The notes beneath the pieces are model-generated. The model worked only from the letters and a program-made list of their open reading frames with translations, searched no databases and was not told the origin of the DNA. DNA of 63,963 bases, counting the filler, from Trypethelium eluteriae (taxonomy: Eukaryota), in assembly GCA_051942245.1 (NCBI GenBank). It is 5 parts of 5 records of this genome, joined end to end, with 100 filler letters (N's around TTAATTAATTAA, not from the genome) between each part and the next. Parts side by side here need not be neighbours in the genome. Positions count along the whole stretch, not along the records: positions 13,453 to 26,721 come from JAVECL010000738.1; positions 26,822 to 40,063 come from JAVECL010000739.1; 3 more parts are not named here. The stretch is one strand, 5' to 3'. The first letter of the stretch is position 1, and each line of letters starts with the position of its first letter. A program made the translations under genes and the position numbers. Shown one piece after another: positions 25,780-37,761 of the stretch.

Positions 25780-25960
25780 CTTTGTGTTATAAGCTTACCC
25801 CTCTGATAGAAGCCCAGCTTGTAACAGGTATAAAAGGTGATCACGGGGTTTTCACGCAGGAGCGGAGTATCAAGAATCCAATAAACACAGCAGTGTAAGG
25901 ACCACAGCGTTGATCTAGCTATCGATCTAAATAACAAGACACTACATGAAGAAGAAAAGG
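25780..25960 (-). mobile_element. Remnant of a related LTR retroelement (LTR 3' end plus leader) in opposite orientation
   Basis: Reverse complement of ~25780-25882 (ATTGGATTCTTGATACTCCGCTCCTGCGTGAAAACCCC...TACCTGTTACAAGC...ATAACACAA) matches 26340-26442; AT-rich degenerate DNA continues leftwards. Confidence 0.65.
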
Positions 25961-26721
25961 TGTTACGAGCGCTCCTAGCCAAGGACGCGTTGGAGGTAGC
26001 CACTACTTGTAGTGCACCAATCGCGTAACACTGAGCGCGTCTCGCAACAGGAGTAAGCGAGGACGTGGCACGGACGCCTCGACCATCTCGCAGCGAGATG
26101 AGCGAGATCTCACCTCGCAGAAAGCGAGATGACATCTCGCCCTCCTCGCTGCGACACCAGCGAGAAGGAAGGCTGTAGTGGAGAAGGAATGAATATTTAA
26201 GGAACTGAGTTCCAAGCACACTCTCATTCTTCTCCTTGCGTTTTATTACTTTACTGTATCTACAGTCAGTTACGAGCCAAATTGAACAAGACCTTATTCA
26301 TTACCAAGTTGTTCAAAGCTTAGTGACCCTTCTTACATCATTGGATCCTTGACACTCCGCTCCTACGTGAAAAACCCTGAGACCCTTCTACGTACCTGTT
26401 ACAAGCAGAGCTTGTACCAGGGGGTATAGGCTCATAACACAATAAAACGCCCTCAAGGATGAGTCAATCAGGATCCACTCCGCGGTTGGAATCCCGCACC
26501 GAAGCCCCATCAAAGGAAGGCAAGGTGGGACGACCCGACAAGTACTTTGGGGAAAGAAGCAAGTTGGAAGAATGGCTGTGCCAAATCCAACTCCACTTCT
26601 TGTTTGAAAGAATTCCAGACAATCAACAGACTTTGGTAGCCTCGTCATACTTGAGAGGACAGGCCCAACACTGGATGAAACCCAAACTAACTTCATATCT
26701 TGACGACTCGGAGGACCCTGA
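25961..26721 (+). mobile_element. Ty3/gypsy LTR retrotransposon 5' end: LTR 25961-26403 and gag from 26459, cut by gap
   Basis: TGTTAC...GTTACA boundaries; open gag PDKYFGERSKLEEWLCQIQLHF...LVASSYLRGQAQHWM. Confidence 0.85.
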
Positions 26722-26821
26722 NNNNNNNNNNNNNNNNNNNNNNNNNNNNNNNNNNNNNNNNNNNNTTAATTAATTAANNNNNNNNNNNNNNNNNNNNNNN
26801 NNNNNNNNNNNNNNNNNNNNN
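26722..26821. other. Assembly gap
   Basis: N-run with TTAATTAATTAA linker. Confidence 0.98.
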
Positions 26822-27241
26822 CTCCTCAGCCCCCATAGTGGAGCCCATGTCCGACTTCCTCGCGGCCTTCTCCTCGGCCTCGCCCCATCCTCCCGTCTCC
26901 TCCATTAGCTCTCTCTCCGGCACGAGTTCTGGCTCCGGCTGCTGCTCTGGCGGTAGCTGATCCTGCGTCGCCCATAAACAGGACAGCGCTGCCATCGGAC
27001 TGCTGCTGCTCGCGCCGCCGCCGCTAGCGAGACAAGCGTGCGTGCCGATGCCATAGGCCACAATGCAGGTCGCGAGGAGGGCGAGGAGGAGGGAAAAGAG
27101 GAGCCTGTTGATGAGGTAGATGTGTGAGGAGTTTACCATACTAGAATGACGACGAGGGCGCGAAATAGGCGTCGAGAGACGGCGGACGAGGAGAGATTCG
27201 GTGTCTTTGTCGGAGGAGGTGGGAGACTTAAACACGTGCAT
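26822..27241 (-). CDS. 5' part of a hypothetical type II membrane protein; rest lost in gap
   Basis: ATG 27241 MHVFKSPTSS..., one hydrophobic helix (LLFSLLLALLATCIVAYGI); ORF open into the gap. Confidence 0.5.
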
Positions 27242-28359
27242 TTTTGCTCGGACAGGGTTACGAGAATCAGACAGATAGGAGACAGCAGGTGGATCGAAGG
27301 CGCGATGCTTCTGGAGCGTGGACAGCAGAGAAAATTTGCTAATTGGAAATGAAAAATCGCGAATGCGATGCGGGACTCGGGGGAGGGTGAAGAGTAACAT
27401 ATATCGTATATTTTATAACATGTATATCATTGTGTATTAGCTTTCCCCATGATAGGTGTAGCCTCATTGATCATTCTTCTGATGTTTGACCCAACTGCGT
27501 TGGAGACTATTATCCTACATCACCTTCAAGATGCTCTGCTACCGTCCAACAGTCTCTAGAGGTTGGTTCTTTTCCAGCAAGCTCGATGATAGGGAGGAAG
27601 TTGGAGGGAACCAGCGGGGACTGTTCCTCTGGAATCATGTTGTATTTGCTGACGCCAACGATGGACCCCTTCAGAGAGTTAGACTCTCAGAGCCTACAAA
27701 TATATCTTTCGGAGGAGAGCGACTATATCCACTGGCGTGAAGGATTGTACCGTGAGATATAACGTCATGGTGGTAGACCATTGTTGGTGGGAATAACCGC
27801 CAACCAGCGCGTCCTAGTACGTGTCAATCGAGAAAAGCCAAGTTTATCATAGACCGAATTTTAAGCGTCCAGTCCTCATGAAAATCTGGATTCCGGGAAT
27901 TTTTCGGCACAATTCAATTGGCTTGGAAAAGGTATTCACGTAAACATGATCTTGAGCGCACCAAGCGATGTCGGCTTCGACTTTTCGAGATGTGGATGCT
28001 CGTCCGCTACGAGCCTTGGTCGGCAAAGAAGGGTAGAGCACGCTTCACGCTTAATATTAGATAGTTGCCCGCCATGTCAATGCATAGTACATTACGTAGC
28101 ACATTACAGACGAAACCCCTTGTGTACGCATGCCCAAGCGCTGTGAGAATACGGCAGAAATGGAAGCAAAGAAACCGACTTCCCCGAATCAAACTCGTAC
28201 AATGCAATATGAAAGCGGGTGTGCACGAGTAGGCACGGTAGGTAGAATTCCGACGTAGCCACTGCAAAAGGTTCCTTTGATGCACCCAACCCCCTTTCCT
28301 CTGCACTCCAAATTTCAGAGTTCCATGCCAGAGCGCCTCAAGTCTTGTATCGAGCCTGT

Positions 28360-30847
28360 CTAGTCATCGACAATTACCCATCCTTTCCAGGGACTTGGCT
28401 TGTACCTGTTCTCTTCCTCCTTCTTCGGCTTCTGCATGCCTTTCTTGGTGACCTCACGTCCACTTTTGGTAAAGACTGGTTTCTCTTCTTGTAAGTGCTC
28501 CTCTGTCGGCATCCCAATCTTCCTCGTCGTGGCGCTCTTGCCCTTGGGCGGACGACCGATTCTATGCCCGTGGGAGCTCTGCTTTGATCCTTTGCCAAAT
28601 ATTCGGCGCATTATCTCCTTGATTGCTTTATCTGTTGCCTTATTCTTCTCCTTCTCCTTGTTCTTATCGACCTTCCGTCCCTTGACAATCCTCGTCACGT
28701 CCTTGCTCTGACTCTTGCTCTTCTCTTTGCCCTTACCCTTCGTAGCCTTCTTAGTTTGTTCACGAGCATCACCCTCGTCCTCTTCGTCTTCGCGCCTTCT
28801 CATCGGCAAACCACACCTCTTCCTCCGCTCGCTTTCCGGACTTAAAAATCGATGCACCGTCCGATGGTCTGTTATCCTTTCCTCCTCGTCCTTCTTGCCC
28901 TCCTTATCTGTCTTTGGCCACGCATAGCCATATAGCATGCTGTGCCTCTCGCAACGGGGACACGATGCTCGTGTCAGGTACCCATCCTGTTGCACGAAAG
29001 GCCTTTGGCACCCATTCTCAATGGACGCATACGATGTTACCGAAATTTGAGAAGGGTGTTGAGAGGGTTGGGTAACTTTGGATTTTGTGCTTGGAAAAGG
29101 CATAACGCTGCTTGCATTGGTGGCCGGAGGGAAGTGCAACGTCGAACCCGCATAGCTGTCGTTGGTGCAAATGTTCCAGCGCGAATATGCAAGAGAGAGA
29201 AGAGCGGGTGTATTTACGTAGTCGCCAGGCCGGCGCTTGTTAGTGGGCTCGCCTTCTTCTACGTTTTCCACGCCGCTGTTGCCGGAGGGATTTGGACTGC
29301 GAGCGGAGCCAAGTGGAGCACTCGATGAGCGAGGTCGAATGGTCGATTGATATCTCGTTCGTCGGCGCTTAACGATGGTCTTGGTGGAGTCGTCGAATTC
29401 ACAGTTGGAACTGAGATCGGTGAGTACAGAGTCGGCGTCTTGGCTTTCGGGCTCAACAATGGCTTTCTCCTGTGTAGTGGCTTGACCTTCTTTAATGACT
29501 GGGGGACTGTCCCGAGGCGCTTCGTCGAAAATGGATGGGGAGGTTGCGTCAGTAGAATTGGAAGCTGCACCATCAACTGATGAGTCTCGAGCAGAGTCGT
29601 GTGCATCGGTATCGATGGTACTATTGCTGTAACGACTGTGTTTGGAGTAAATTTGCATCGCCCGCCTGTGAGGACTTAGTAGTGGTATATCCTGACTTCC
29701 GGTCGTGCTCGCAGACGGTAATGGACTATTGCTGAAGTTGGAGCTTGTGCGCTCCATTTTGATCGAAGGTTCTGCGGTCTGCTGATCAGGAAGATTTAGG
29801 ATGGGTGTGCTGACAGTCTCTGGAGTGGAAGATTTCTGCTTTTTCGAAGTTTGATCAGAGTCTTCAGAGGACTCCGAACCTGGCTCAAGCGCATATTTAC
29901 GCTTTAATCTAAAACCGTACGGGCTTTCCTGAGCATTGTCTTCTTCTTGCTCGACTTCCTCTTCATCGCTTTCGTCTCTACCTTCGTTCTCGCTGTCCTC
30001 TTCTTTCTTGTGCGGGTCCCATCCGTTCCTCAATAACTTTTCACACGTACCGCAGAGACATTCGCTGTTGTCTTCACCAAAATAATCTTGTCCGTAAGTG
30101 ACCGTGATTTCCTCGTCTACTTGTATGTCTCTGACTGCCATGATCTGCATGCCATTCGATCCTCTTGTGGATAGTCGAGCGTTCGCGTTGCAATCGTGAT
30201 TGGCGAAGCGAGCAGGTCCAAGGAAAAGCGAAGGAGTTTTCTTGCGACTGGACATGACGATGCTGAAATCTCGGCGCGTGAGGTCCAGGTTCTTTTCTTC
30301 CTCCTTCGTCATAGGGACCTGGATCCCGCTCAGGTATTTGATCACATCCCCCTTCTTGATTTGCTTCCTAGCCGTAGCAGCAGCTTCGAAATTGGTGATA
30401 GTATAACGATTGGTGGTGTTGATCTCAAACGGGCAATCTGGCATATACATGCTCACGTATTTCCGTAGGTGGCGCGTGAAATGCTCTCTTTCCGTATCAG
30501 AATCGAGACTCTGAAGGTAGTTTTTCATGCCCTTGAGATCAAGAATCTGCTGTGTGGCCTTGGGGGGATCTTTCTCCAAGACAACCGTCTTACGCAGTAT
30601 ATTGGCAATCTCGTCATCTCGAATACCACGCATGCTCATGTACTTCGCGCGATTCTTACGAATGGTCGTCCAGTAGTAGACCTACGCGCGAGTTGTTAGT
30701 GGCAACGTGTTCCTAGTAGACCAGTCAGGCTTTCGAAACATGAGCACATACGCGATCCAGTAGTGCATCTGTTATAATGTCGTCGTGCTTGGCCAGTGAC
30801 GATAAGGTCAAGGCTTTACTTTTGGGAAGCGCGACCTCCAAAGCCAT
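28360..30847 (-). CDS. SET9: Histone H4K20 methyltransferase Set9/KMT5, 2 exons (intron 30682-30751)
   Basis: Exon 1 ...LAKHDDIITDALLDR / VYYWTTIRKNR; SET motifs LFLGPARFANHDC, EEITVTYGQDYFG, post-SET CLCGTCE; C-terminal CPRCERHSMLYGYAWPKT. Confidence 0.95.
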
Positions 30848-31459
30848 GGTGCTTTTCGATGTGCTCCGATCTGAACTGCGACGGTCTCAGAAGAAAAGAA
30901 CAGTGAAGGAAAACAAAGGGGTGCCCAGTGAATGAAAGCAGGAGGCGCGTGCTATGCGGCTAGAACGATAAAGTCAGAATCAAGTTCACGCGACGCAATG
31001 CACAACAGACAATGACGAAGGAAGAGAAGGTGAAAAGAGAGTACGAGGGAGTGATGGAACGAGTGAGTTATTGTATCTTCATGTCTCAGCTGAGTGGATG
31101 TGAGAGCTGAAGACTCGATCGCGCGTCGGAAGAAGGGCGGCGCAGGGAGGAAGGAGTGTTATGTGGTTCTGGATGGGGCCACTAAGAATACTACTCCGTG
31201 CCTAGGTAAGCTAACACCCTAAGGTGATGGTGCTAAGGTACGGAGTATCTGCTTGGGGGGCACGGGGGGCTGGCGTTGGGATGGATGCAAGGACCCAGAC
31301 AGATCGCAGGGACCCACGCGCATCGGGATCCATCCATCCACATCCACCTACCGCGACTTTTTATTGATTCGCCCAAAAGAAAAGCCTCCATCTACCTCAC
31401 TTCACCGCCAGCGGCAGCCTTCTCGAGCGCGCCTGAAGAGGCTGCTGTTGTTGCCCAGC

Positions 31460-31997
31460 ATGATTCAGCTCAAGGTGCGCGATCTCTTTGTGCCGCGGTC
31501 AGACTCACCTGCATCATGTGCTAATTCAAGCTGCAGACCATGGTCAATTGCATCGACAACTCGGGCGCAGCTATTGTCGAGTGCGTCAAGGTACTCAAGC
31601 AAAAGCGTCATGCAAGGATAGGTAGCTAATTACATTTCCAACTTCTTGTCTCATTTGGCGCCCTCACTTGATGCTAATTTCCTTCGCAGGTGACCGCATC
31701 ATCGCCGTCGTTCAGAAGCAGCGCTCCTTTGGTCCCGAATCAGGCCCCGGCGGTTCTGTCTCCATTGCTGCCGCCAACAAAGTGAGACGAGGTGATATCA
31801 GGCATGCAGTGGTCGTACGAACCGCAAAGAAATACCAGCGACCTGATGGCAGTGTAGTCAGGTTTGACGACAACGCTTGCGTCTTAATCAACAAGAATGG
31901 CGAGCCCATCGGAAGCAGACTCAATGGTATTGTAGGCTCAGAGTTGAGGAACAAGCAGTGGTCGAAGATTCTGTCTCTTGCACCTATGCATCTATAG
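31460..31997 (+). CDS. MRPL38: Mitochondrial ribosomal protein uL14m, 3 exons
   Basis: MIQLK / [29 protein letters not shown] / DRIIAVVQ...[27 protein letters not shown]...KILSLAP. Confidence 0.93.
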
Positions 31998-32721
31998 CGT
32001 CTCCCACTCATATCAAGGCCGAATCTATTCGCGAGGAGTTGAGAGCCAAGGCCGAGCAAGGAATCGTTGAGCATGGCATGGCCCACCCGGACTACCAGTA
32101 TCAACCCTAGCACCTGTCGAGACGAAGAAAAAAGTATATAGGATTCGGGTGTGCAAGACAGTCGATCGGGGATCCGCAAAAATTGGCAACGCTAGCCTTC
32201 AAAGCCTTCAGAGAAGAAGAAGCGATGGGACGAAAGCAATCATGTGATAAGACACATTGAATTATCAGTATCAGCCTCGAAAGCCTTCAGGACGGAAGCA
32301 GCGATGGACGAAAACCAAAGCTGCCACACTAGCCAAAGCGCAGACCGAGCACTAGAGCGCTGGAATTACAGAATGTCGCTATCCTCCTCGCAATGGCCCC
32401 TCCACGCTCGCCATGGAAGATTTCACCCTTCTCAAATTTCCCTTTTGCTTTGGTCGATGGTGGCTTCCTGACGGCACGGACGTACACGAAAACGTGGTGC
32501 ATGTCAAGATCCTGCATTTGGACACTGTAATTAGATGTCTATGGTCTAATTATCTACTTCTTCCTCAATGAGCCGAAATTTTCCGGGTGTGCCCGTCTCT
32601 GAGCACATGATGTGATCAAGTATTGACTCCTTGCGATGAAATGACATGAAAACTCTGCTGATTTAAACCGCCCGATCCATCTGGGTATCATCCGTTCATT
32701 ACCAATGCCCCCACTCATAAA

Positions 32722-33819
32722 TCATTGCCAGCAGTAGCCACAGCCGCAACACACGAACCATAGTTTCTAAAGATGCCAGCTTAGTTCTCGACCTGTAACA
32801 GATTCATTGCGAAGGTCCAAGGCGCAGACTCACCATGCCTGTCTCTGCCGTCCGCTGCTGAGACTGGAAGAAAACAGCTTCTTTATCGTCGCATTTAGGA
32901 CAGGCTTTCTGGACACGGGGCAACTACACGTGAAGCAATACAAGTCAGCTAAAGTCCTTGTCAATCTGGAAAGCAGAAAGCAAATGTGGTATCCAGCGTA
33001 AAGCATAGTGAAGCTTAATGGATACCACTGGCGCTGCTACCATGTCGACTTTAATATCTCACGACGCCCTTGCTTAGTTAGAGATGTTTCACTAGCCGCT
33101 ATAACATTACCGTTTCGACTAGGGTCCAGTTTGTGTTCTGTGCCATCGTTTTCAGTCCAGCTGGGGATATGTGCTGGCTTATCTTCATCGTCATCATGGT
33201 ACTCTTTAGGATCGTCGATGTCATTTTCGTCCAGATCCTCGGTATCCTCAACCCCACCATCTGCAGTAGCTTCCACCAAAAGCCCATTCGATGTCGGCCG
33301 TCCACATTTGATGCAATTGAGTAGCTGCCCGCACCCGGTACAGAACCATATTTTTCGCGCCTTTGCAAGTAGCAAGATTGGGTCCTCGTGGTCTTTCAGA
33401 TCCTCCTGATCCTTTGGTGTGGTGCTGGCAATAGTGCTAGGACCAGGAGCAGACAATGATAACGTATGGAGTTGCGAGGTAGTTGGGTCAACAGCACGTA
33501 CACTTGGATCTGCGCTGACATCCTGCGTGATGCCCGCCGTCTCGCCCACCGTATTGCTAAGTTCGTGGCGCCAGACACATTTGTTCTCTACTGCTTTGTC
33601 CTCGAAGTCGCACATGCCGCACGCGAAGACAAGCTCGTTGGTGTTGGAATTTTCGCGCGGGTACAACATATTGGAGCTGTAGCGATTACTGTCCTTAGCA
33701 GACATGCTCAAACAGGCTAAGAAGAAAGGCTACAGGAGAAGGACTTACCATTCTCTGCAGAAGCGGAAAGCGACGCGATTCGACTGGTCTTCGTCTTTCG
33801 GCGCGGGCGAGGCCGACAT
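32722..33819 (-). CDS. RPB9: RNA polymerase II subunit Rpb9; exons 33819-33749, 33676-33502, 32923-32834, 32766-32722
   Basis: FRFCRECSNMLYPRE...FACGMC...AGITQDVSADPS / LPRVQKACPKCDDKEAVFFQSQQRTAETGM / KLWFVCCGCGYCWQ; all splice sites GT-AG. Confidence 0.95.
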
Positions 33820-34247
33820 GATGTTGTGTACGTTGTCTAAGGTCTGCGATGAATATTTTGATCAAAATTACGGATCGATAGCAAGACCTGTGTAGAGCGA
33901 GGCGTGGTAGCGGGGAGAAAAGGAGATGGTGGTGGTGGTAGGTAGGTAGCTTCCTGAGTAGTAACGACGCTCGATACATTAAATGACTCTAAAGTCTTAC
34001 GAAGACCCTCACAGATAGAGGCAATAGGACCCTGGCTAGAACGCTATCCTAAATGAAGCTAGCGCTCCTATCGCTCTTCGCTTACTAAATTAGGTGTGGG
34101 GTTCTGTTGGCTTCGAGATGTTGCTGCGGAGACTACAGCACAATAAATGAGGAGTGAGATTCATCATCATATGCGGGTGTATGCAACTATAACTTCCTTC
34201 AACGATTCCTGTTTATCGCATTCACATACAATTTCTCCCTTGAAGTG

Positions 34248-35003
34248 ATGGTCAGTAAACGTATCCGGTCTACAGGTCTACGCCTCTTTCACTCACAATA
34301 TTGACAGACTGACACCGGACTCCCCCCGGGATGGGAAGTTCGTCATTCAAACTCCAAAAATCTCCCCTACTACTTTCACCCCGAAACCAAAGAATCGAGA
34401 TGGGAGCCTCCCTCCGGCACCGATCCTGACAGGCTCAAAGTATATATGGGTCAGTACCACAGTTCTGCCGGGATCCGGCCATCATCTCAAGCTGCTTCAG
34501 CCAATGGGGCCAATGGCTTTCACGAGGGCAAAATCCGCGCCGCTCATCTCCTTGTCAAGCACAGGGACAGCAGGAGGCCCGCGAGTTGGCGTGAGGCCAA
34601 CATCACAAGGACGAAGGACGAGGCTATGAACACGATTTTGGCGCATGAATCGAGGATACGGAGCGGGGGGGCGAGCTTAGGAGATTTGGCGGTGACGGAA
34701 AGCGATTGCAGTAGCGCGAGGAAGAGAGGTGACTTGTGAGTTGAAGAAGCGACTTTTTTGAGGGGGGAAAAGATGAAGAAGCTGACAGCTTTGGAACAGG
34801 GGTTTCTTTGGAAAAGGGGATATGCAAAAAGAGTTCGAAGAGGCTGCATTTGCGCTCAAGCCTGGGGAGATCAGCAGAGTGGTTCAGACAGCATCTGGAC
34901 TGCATTTGATTGAAAGGTAGGACTAGGCGTCTATTACAGCGAAAATGATCGCTCACGTTGTACCGACACCTCGATGCTAACGCTCCTTTCCAGACTGGAA
35001 TAG
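34248..35003 (+). CDS. ESS1: Parvulin peptidyl-prolyl isomerase Ess1/Pin1 (WW + PPIase), 4 exons
   Basis: ATG-only first exon; TGLPPGWEVRHSNSKNLPYYF...SRWEPP WW domain; HLLVKHRDSRRPASW; SDCSSARKRGDLGFFGKGDMQKEFEEAAFAL...SGLHLIERLE. Confidence 0.95.
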
Positions 35004-35857
35004 CGCGAGGGCGTACATATGAAGGAAATGGCTTTCCTAGCACGGCTTTTCGAGTGAGCAGATTCATGCTTTTGAGAAATGAGTCTGCCACCGGCGTATG
35101 GTGGTTTCCCAAATTTCTGTACAGAAATCAGGTCAAGAAAGAAGATATTCCTCGAGTCCCATCTCTCGTATAAGTCTTGTAGAGATGACGTATGTTCGAG
35201 AAATCCGTGCGCAGCACCGTGCAGGTTCTTTGCGCCAGGACGAAGATCCTACAGTTGCTGACATGACCAAATCTCAGAGCGCCGCCATACAGCCTATCAG
35301 CAGCGGGCACTGACGCTACGTTAAAACTTGGTGACTATTGACCTCGAGCAATTTGACCCATTGTGATAATACACGTCTTCCTTGAGTGCACACGACAAGT
35401 GGTGTTGAAATGAGTGCGCGACAGACTTTATGGGAAATTCCTAAAGAAGGATTGAATATCACAGCTTAATGGCTGAGATAGTGATCGAGGCTTGATTGGT
35501 CTGCAACATCACAGCATCAACACTGATCCAAACATTCATAGGACGTCTTCCATTCATCTAACCATTCCGCCGACGTCACTGTCATACATCGCCGTAGGTC
35601 ATGCGCCCATTCGCGCCTTCTTCACGGCTTGCCAGTGGCTACCCCAAACGCACGGCGCGACTATCCCGCAAAGAACTTAAAACCTTAACATACTTCGAAA
35701 CTTCATCAACATCTTCACCAAACGCTCATTGCTGCTAAAGCCTCCGCATACACTCTTTTTCATTCTAACCTCACCCAAGTCAATCCTTTTTTTCCCCAAA
35801 GTTCGATTTGATAGTACTGAACTTTCGAGAATCCGCCAATCACTTCGAGACGTAATC

Positions 35858-36991
35858 ATGTCGTTTTCGAATGAAACCCAAGGTGGGGTTTATGGCGAAT
35901 ATGAAAAACTTTCTTTCCAGCCTGAGTACCTGCAACGCTTTCAAGCTGATGAACAGCTGCTGGCTAAGCTTCCTGAGGTGCTCCGGAAATGTCTCACTGG
36001 CATCCAGCAGAATGCAGCAGCAATATTGACCTCCATCGATCGCTTCAAGGCGCTACGAGCAGAAGCCGTGCATCGTGGGTGGCCTGAGCACAGTACGTAT
36101 TTTACCCGGTTCAGCGTACACTCGCGGCTCCTCCTGCAAAAATGCCACTGGGCATAGCGTTTGATCTCTTCACCGTCACTCAGTTCCACTATTGCTAACA
36201 ACCCCTCTCCAGAAGCACGCCTTGCTATCCTGAATGCCAAAACCACGGGCAGGACACTTGCTGCCGGTGCCGCTCGCGCAGAGCGCGCATATAGTAAAGA
36301 ATCCTCCGGGCTTAGTGAGAGCTGGGGTAGTCCCGTTTCAACCGTGAGTCCTCTGGAGTGCTGGCCTGAGGTGGGTAGCACCTGCGCCACGCAGACTCCT
36401 CCCGAGTCGCCTCTCTCTACACGCGTCGACGCACCTCTCCAACACCCGCGCGTGCGGCGCCTGACGCAAACTGCGCGCTCTGCTGGAGTGGCCGCTGGTC
36501 CTATCGCGATTAACTGTGACGTCCCGTTTCAAGCGGTGACTAATGACAGCTCCCCACAGTCTGACCCGTCCAGCCCGCTAGTGTCTCCCGAGAGTCAGGG
36601 CTTCGACGAACCCGCGTGGGAGTTCTACATCAGCACTCTCGAGGCTGAGCGCGAGTTCCTTCAGCGCCAACTCATGGTCGATATGCAGCACCGCATTCAC
36701 GAATTCAAGAAACTATGCTACGAGCTTGGTGAGCATCTGCCTCCTTCCTTCTCCTGGGAACGACGAAGGGCATCTAGTAATGGCGATCTAGGCAGTGAAT
36801 GCCCGCCCCCATGCGACTTCTTGTATCACACACTTGGACGCGAGGAACGGGCCAGGTTCAATTCATGGTGGGAAATGGATATCGTGGCTTGGTTCCTAGT
36901 CACGCGGAGGGAGTGCTCCGAGTTCGGGATTCCAACGGTGGAGGAGGCTGTGAACGAGAGGAAGGATATGAAATTGACAGTCTCATCTTAG
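35858..36991 (+). CDS. Hypothetical protein, 2 exons (intron 36093-36212)
   Basis: Two same-frame ORFs bridged by a GTACGT...GCTAAC...CCAG intron that removes the intervening stop. Confidence 0.65.
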
Positions 36992-37761
36992 AGAGGGTGA
37001 GAGAGATGCCACGCAGGGGGAGTGGAGCTGGAGCTGTGTGTGAACCGGATGATATGCAAGAGGCGATCTTGAAAGCGACTTGACGTGAAGATGCAGACAT
37101 TGCAAGGCAGGTACTTGCCGGTATATAGCTCGGGGCCATCGAAATGAAGGAGCGAATATGATGGCGAAGGGTCCTGGTGATACCTACGGAGCTCCGATAG
37201 GCGGCGCGTGAATAGTGTCACGAGCAATCGATTATTTCCAAAAATTCCTTCGAGGAGGCATGAAGAAGAGCCCGCGTAACTGCTATGAGGCAGCACTGGC
37301 TCGTATCTACGAGCAGATCTAGTAGCTCTCAGAGAGAATCAAGGTTTGCTTCCCAGGCGAATGAAAGGTCGTCCTCTTTCAAATCGTGTTAAGGGAAGCA
37401 ATTCGTACCTGAAATAAGAAACACTCCCCCAAGTGACACTTGGTTGAGATAGTCTTATTCCGTACATTCTCCTGGCCGTTGTTGCTGGAGGCAGGGTCCA
37501 AGCGCTGTGGCACTCAGCACCTGCACCTGCTTCTGCACCCCAGCGCGCCCAGCTCGGCTCGACTTCCTCGAAGGACCTCGAAACGCACGCATCTCCCCGT
37601 TTCAGGTCAGCTTGGCTAGGATCATTCAAAGGCCCCATTATTACTCCGTACTCCGTATTCTAGGCGCTTTCCCCCCACTCCCCTTCCTGGGCCTCCCTTT
37701 TCACTCATACTCAAACCATTGATCTGGAAAATCCGTCTGATTCTCAATCACATGAACGTCA

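Noticed and set aside
2430..26721. Starship-like giant element (patatin + NLR + accessory genes)
   Set aside because: No DUF3435 captain or boundary repeats seen; the patatin looks like an ordinary resident gene near LCP5.
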